Source of the DNA: Squalus acanthias
Lineage: Eukaryota
Length of the DNA stretch: 64,000 nt
Reading direction: 5' to 3'
NCBI GenBank assembly: GCA_030390025.1
Contig: CM059425.1
Location: 173,788,001-173,852,000 of the forward strand
Made by a program: the position numbers and the translations under genes. Each line of letters starts with the position of its first letter. Within the stretch, counting starts at the first letter, position 1. Below, one piece after another: positions 63,593 through 64,000 of the stretch. The notes beneath the pieces were generated by a model. That model was not told the origin of the DNA. It did no database searches and saw nothing but the letters and a program-made list of their open reading frames with translations.

Positions 63593-64000
63593 GGGGGAAA
63601 ATTCAGTACCTTAGCGCCTCCCTTTAGCGCCAGCAGATGGCGCTAACGGGGCGCTAGAGCATTATCACCGGGACAAGGCGAATCCAATGCTGCACGTCAA
63701 ATCCCGCCCCCCCCCCCCCGCAACGTCGCCGCTAACAGTTATCGTTGGGAGCCTCGATGCCAGGTGGATCGTGACGTCAGTGAGTGTACAACGTTCACTG
63801 ACCGCCCGATTGGCAAAATTAATTGTTACCACCTACCTTAGCGCCTGGAGGAAACGGCGACAGGGAGAGCTGGCGTGAAGCAACAGGAAGCCAGCTTCAG
63901 GGATGTTATTTAAAGGGATCATCAGTAATGAGTCCCAACTGTAGGTTAGTGGAGTTTCAGTGCTTTCTTGTCAGTTTCACGTAGTGCAACAGTCTCATTT
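63593..64000 (+). mobile_element. Start of another Harbinger-type element (runs off the window)
   Basis: GGGGGAAAATTCAGT terminus and TTAGCGCC/GGCGCTAA subterminal motifs. Confidence 0.7.

Overview
Repeat-saturated eukaryotic DNA, most likely intronic or intergenic sequence from a cartilaginous fish. This is inferred from the CR1 tails, Deu-domain SINEs and Penelope remnants. I could not support any host protein-coding exon. The main feature is an apparently intact, autonomous PIF/Harbinger transposon (9099-13494, AAA TSD). It carries an uninterrupted DDE transposase (9611-10771, +) and a convergent three-exon Myb/SANT partner gene (13137-11066, -) that splices in frame to 488 aa. It sits inside a 9.4-kb non-coding hAT-type element (8149-17571, 8-bp TSD), which itself splits a CR1 LINE. 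About a dozen further Harbinger-derived elements are present: MITEs, Myb-only derivatives and one transposase-only derivative. The window also holds a pogo/Tigger element with very long TIRs, a solo LTR, Penelope remnants with minimal hammerhead motifs, and many CR1/L2 fragments. Boundaries without a TSD are approximate.
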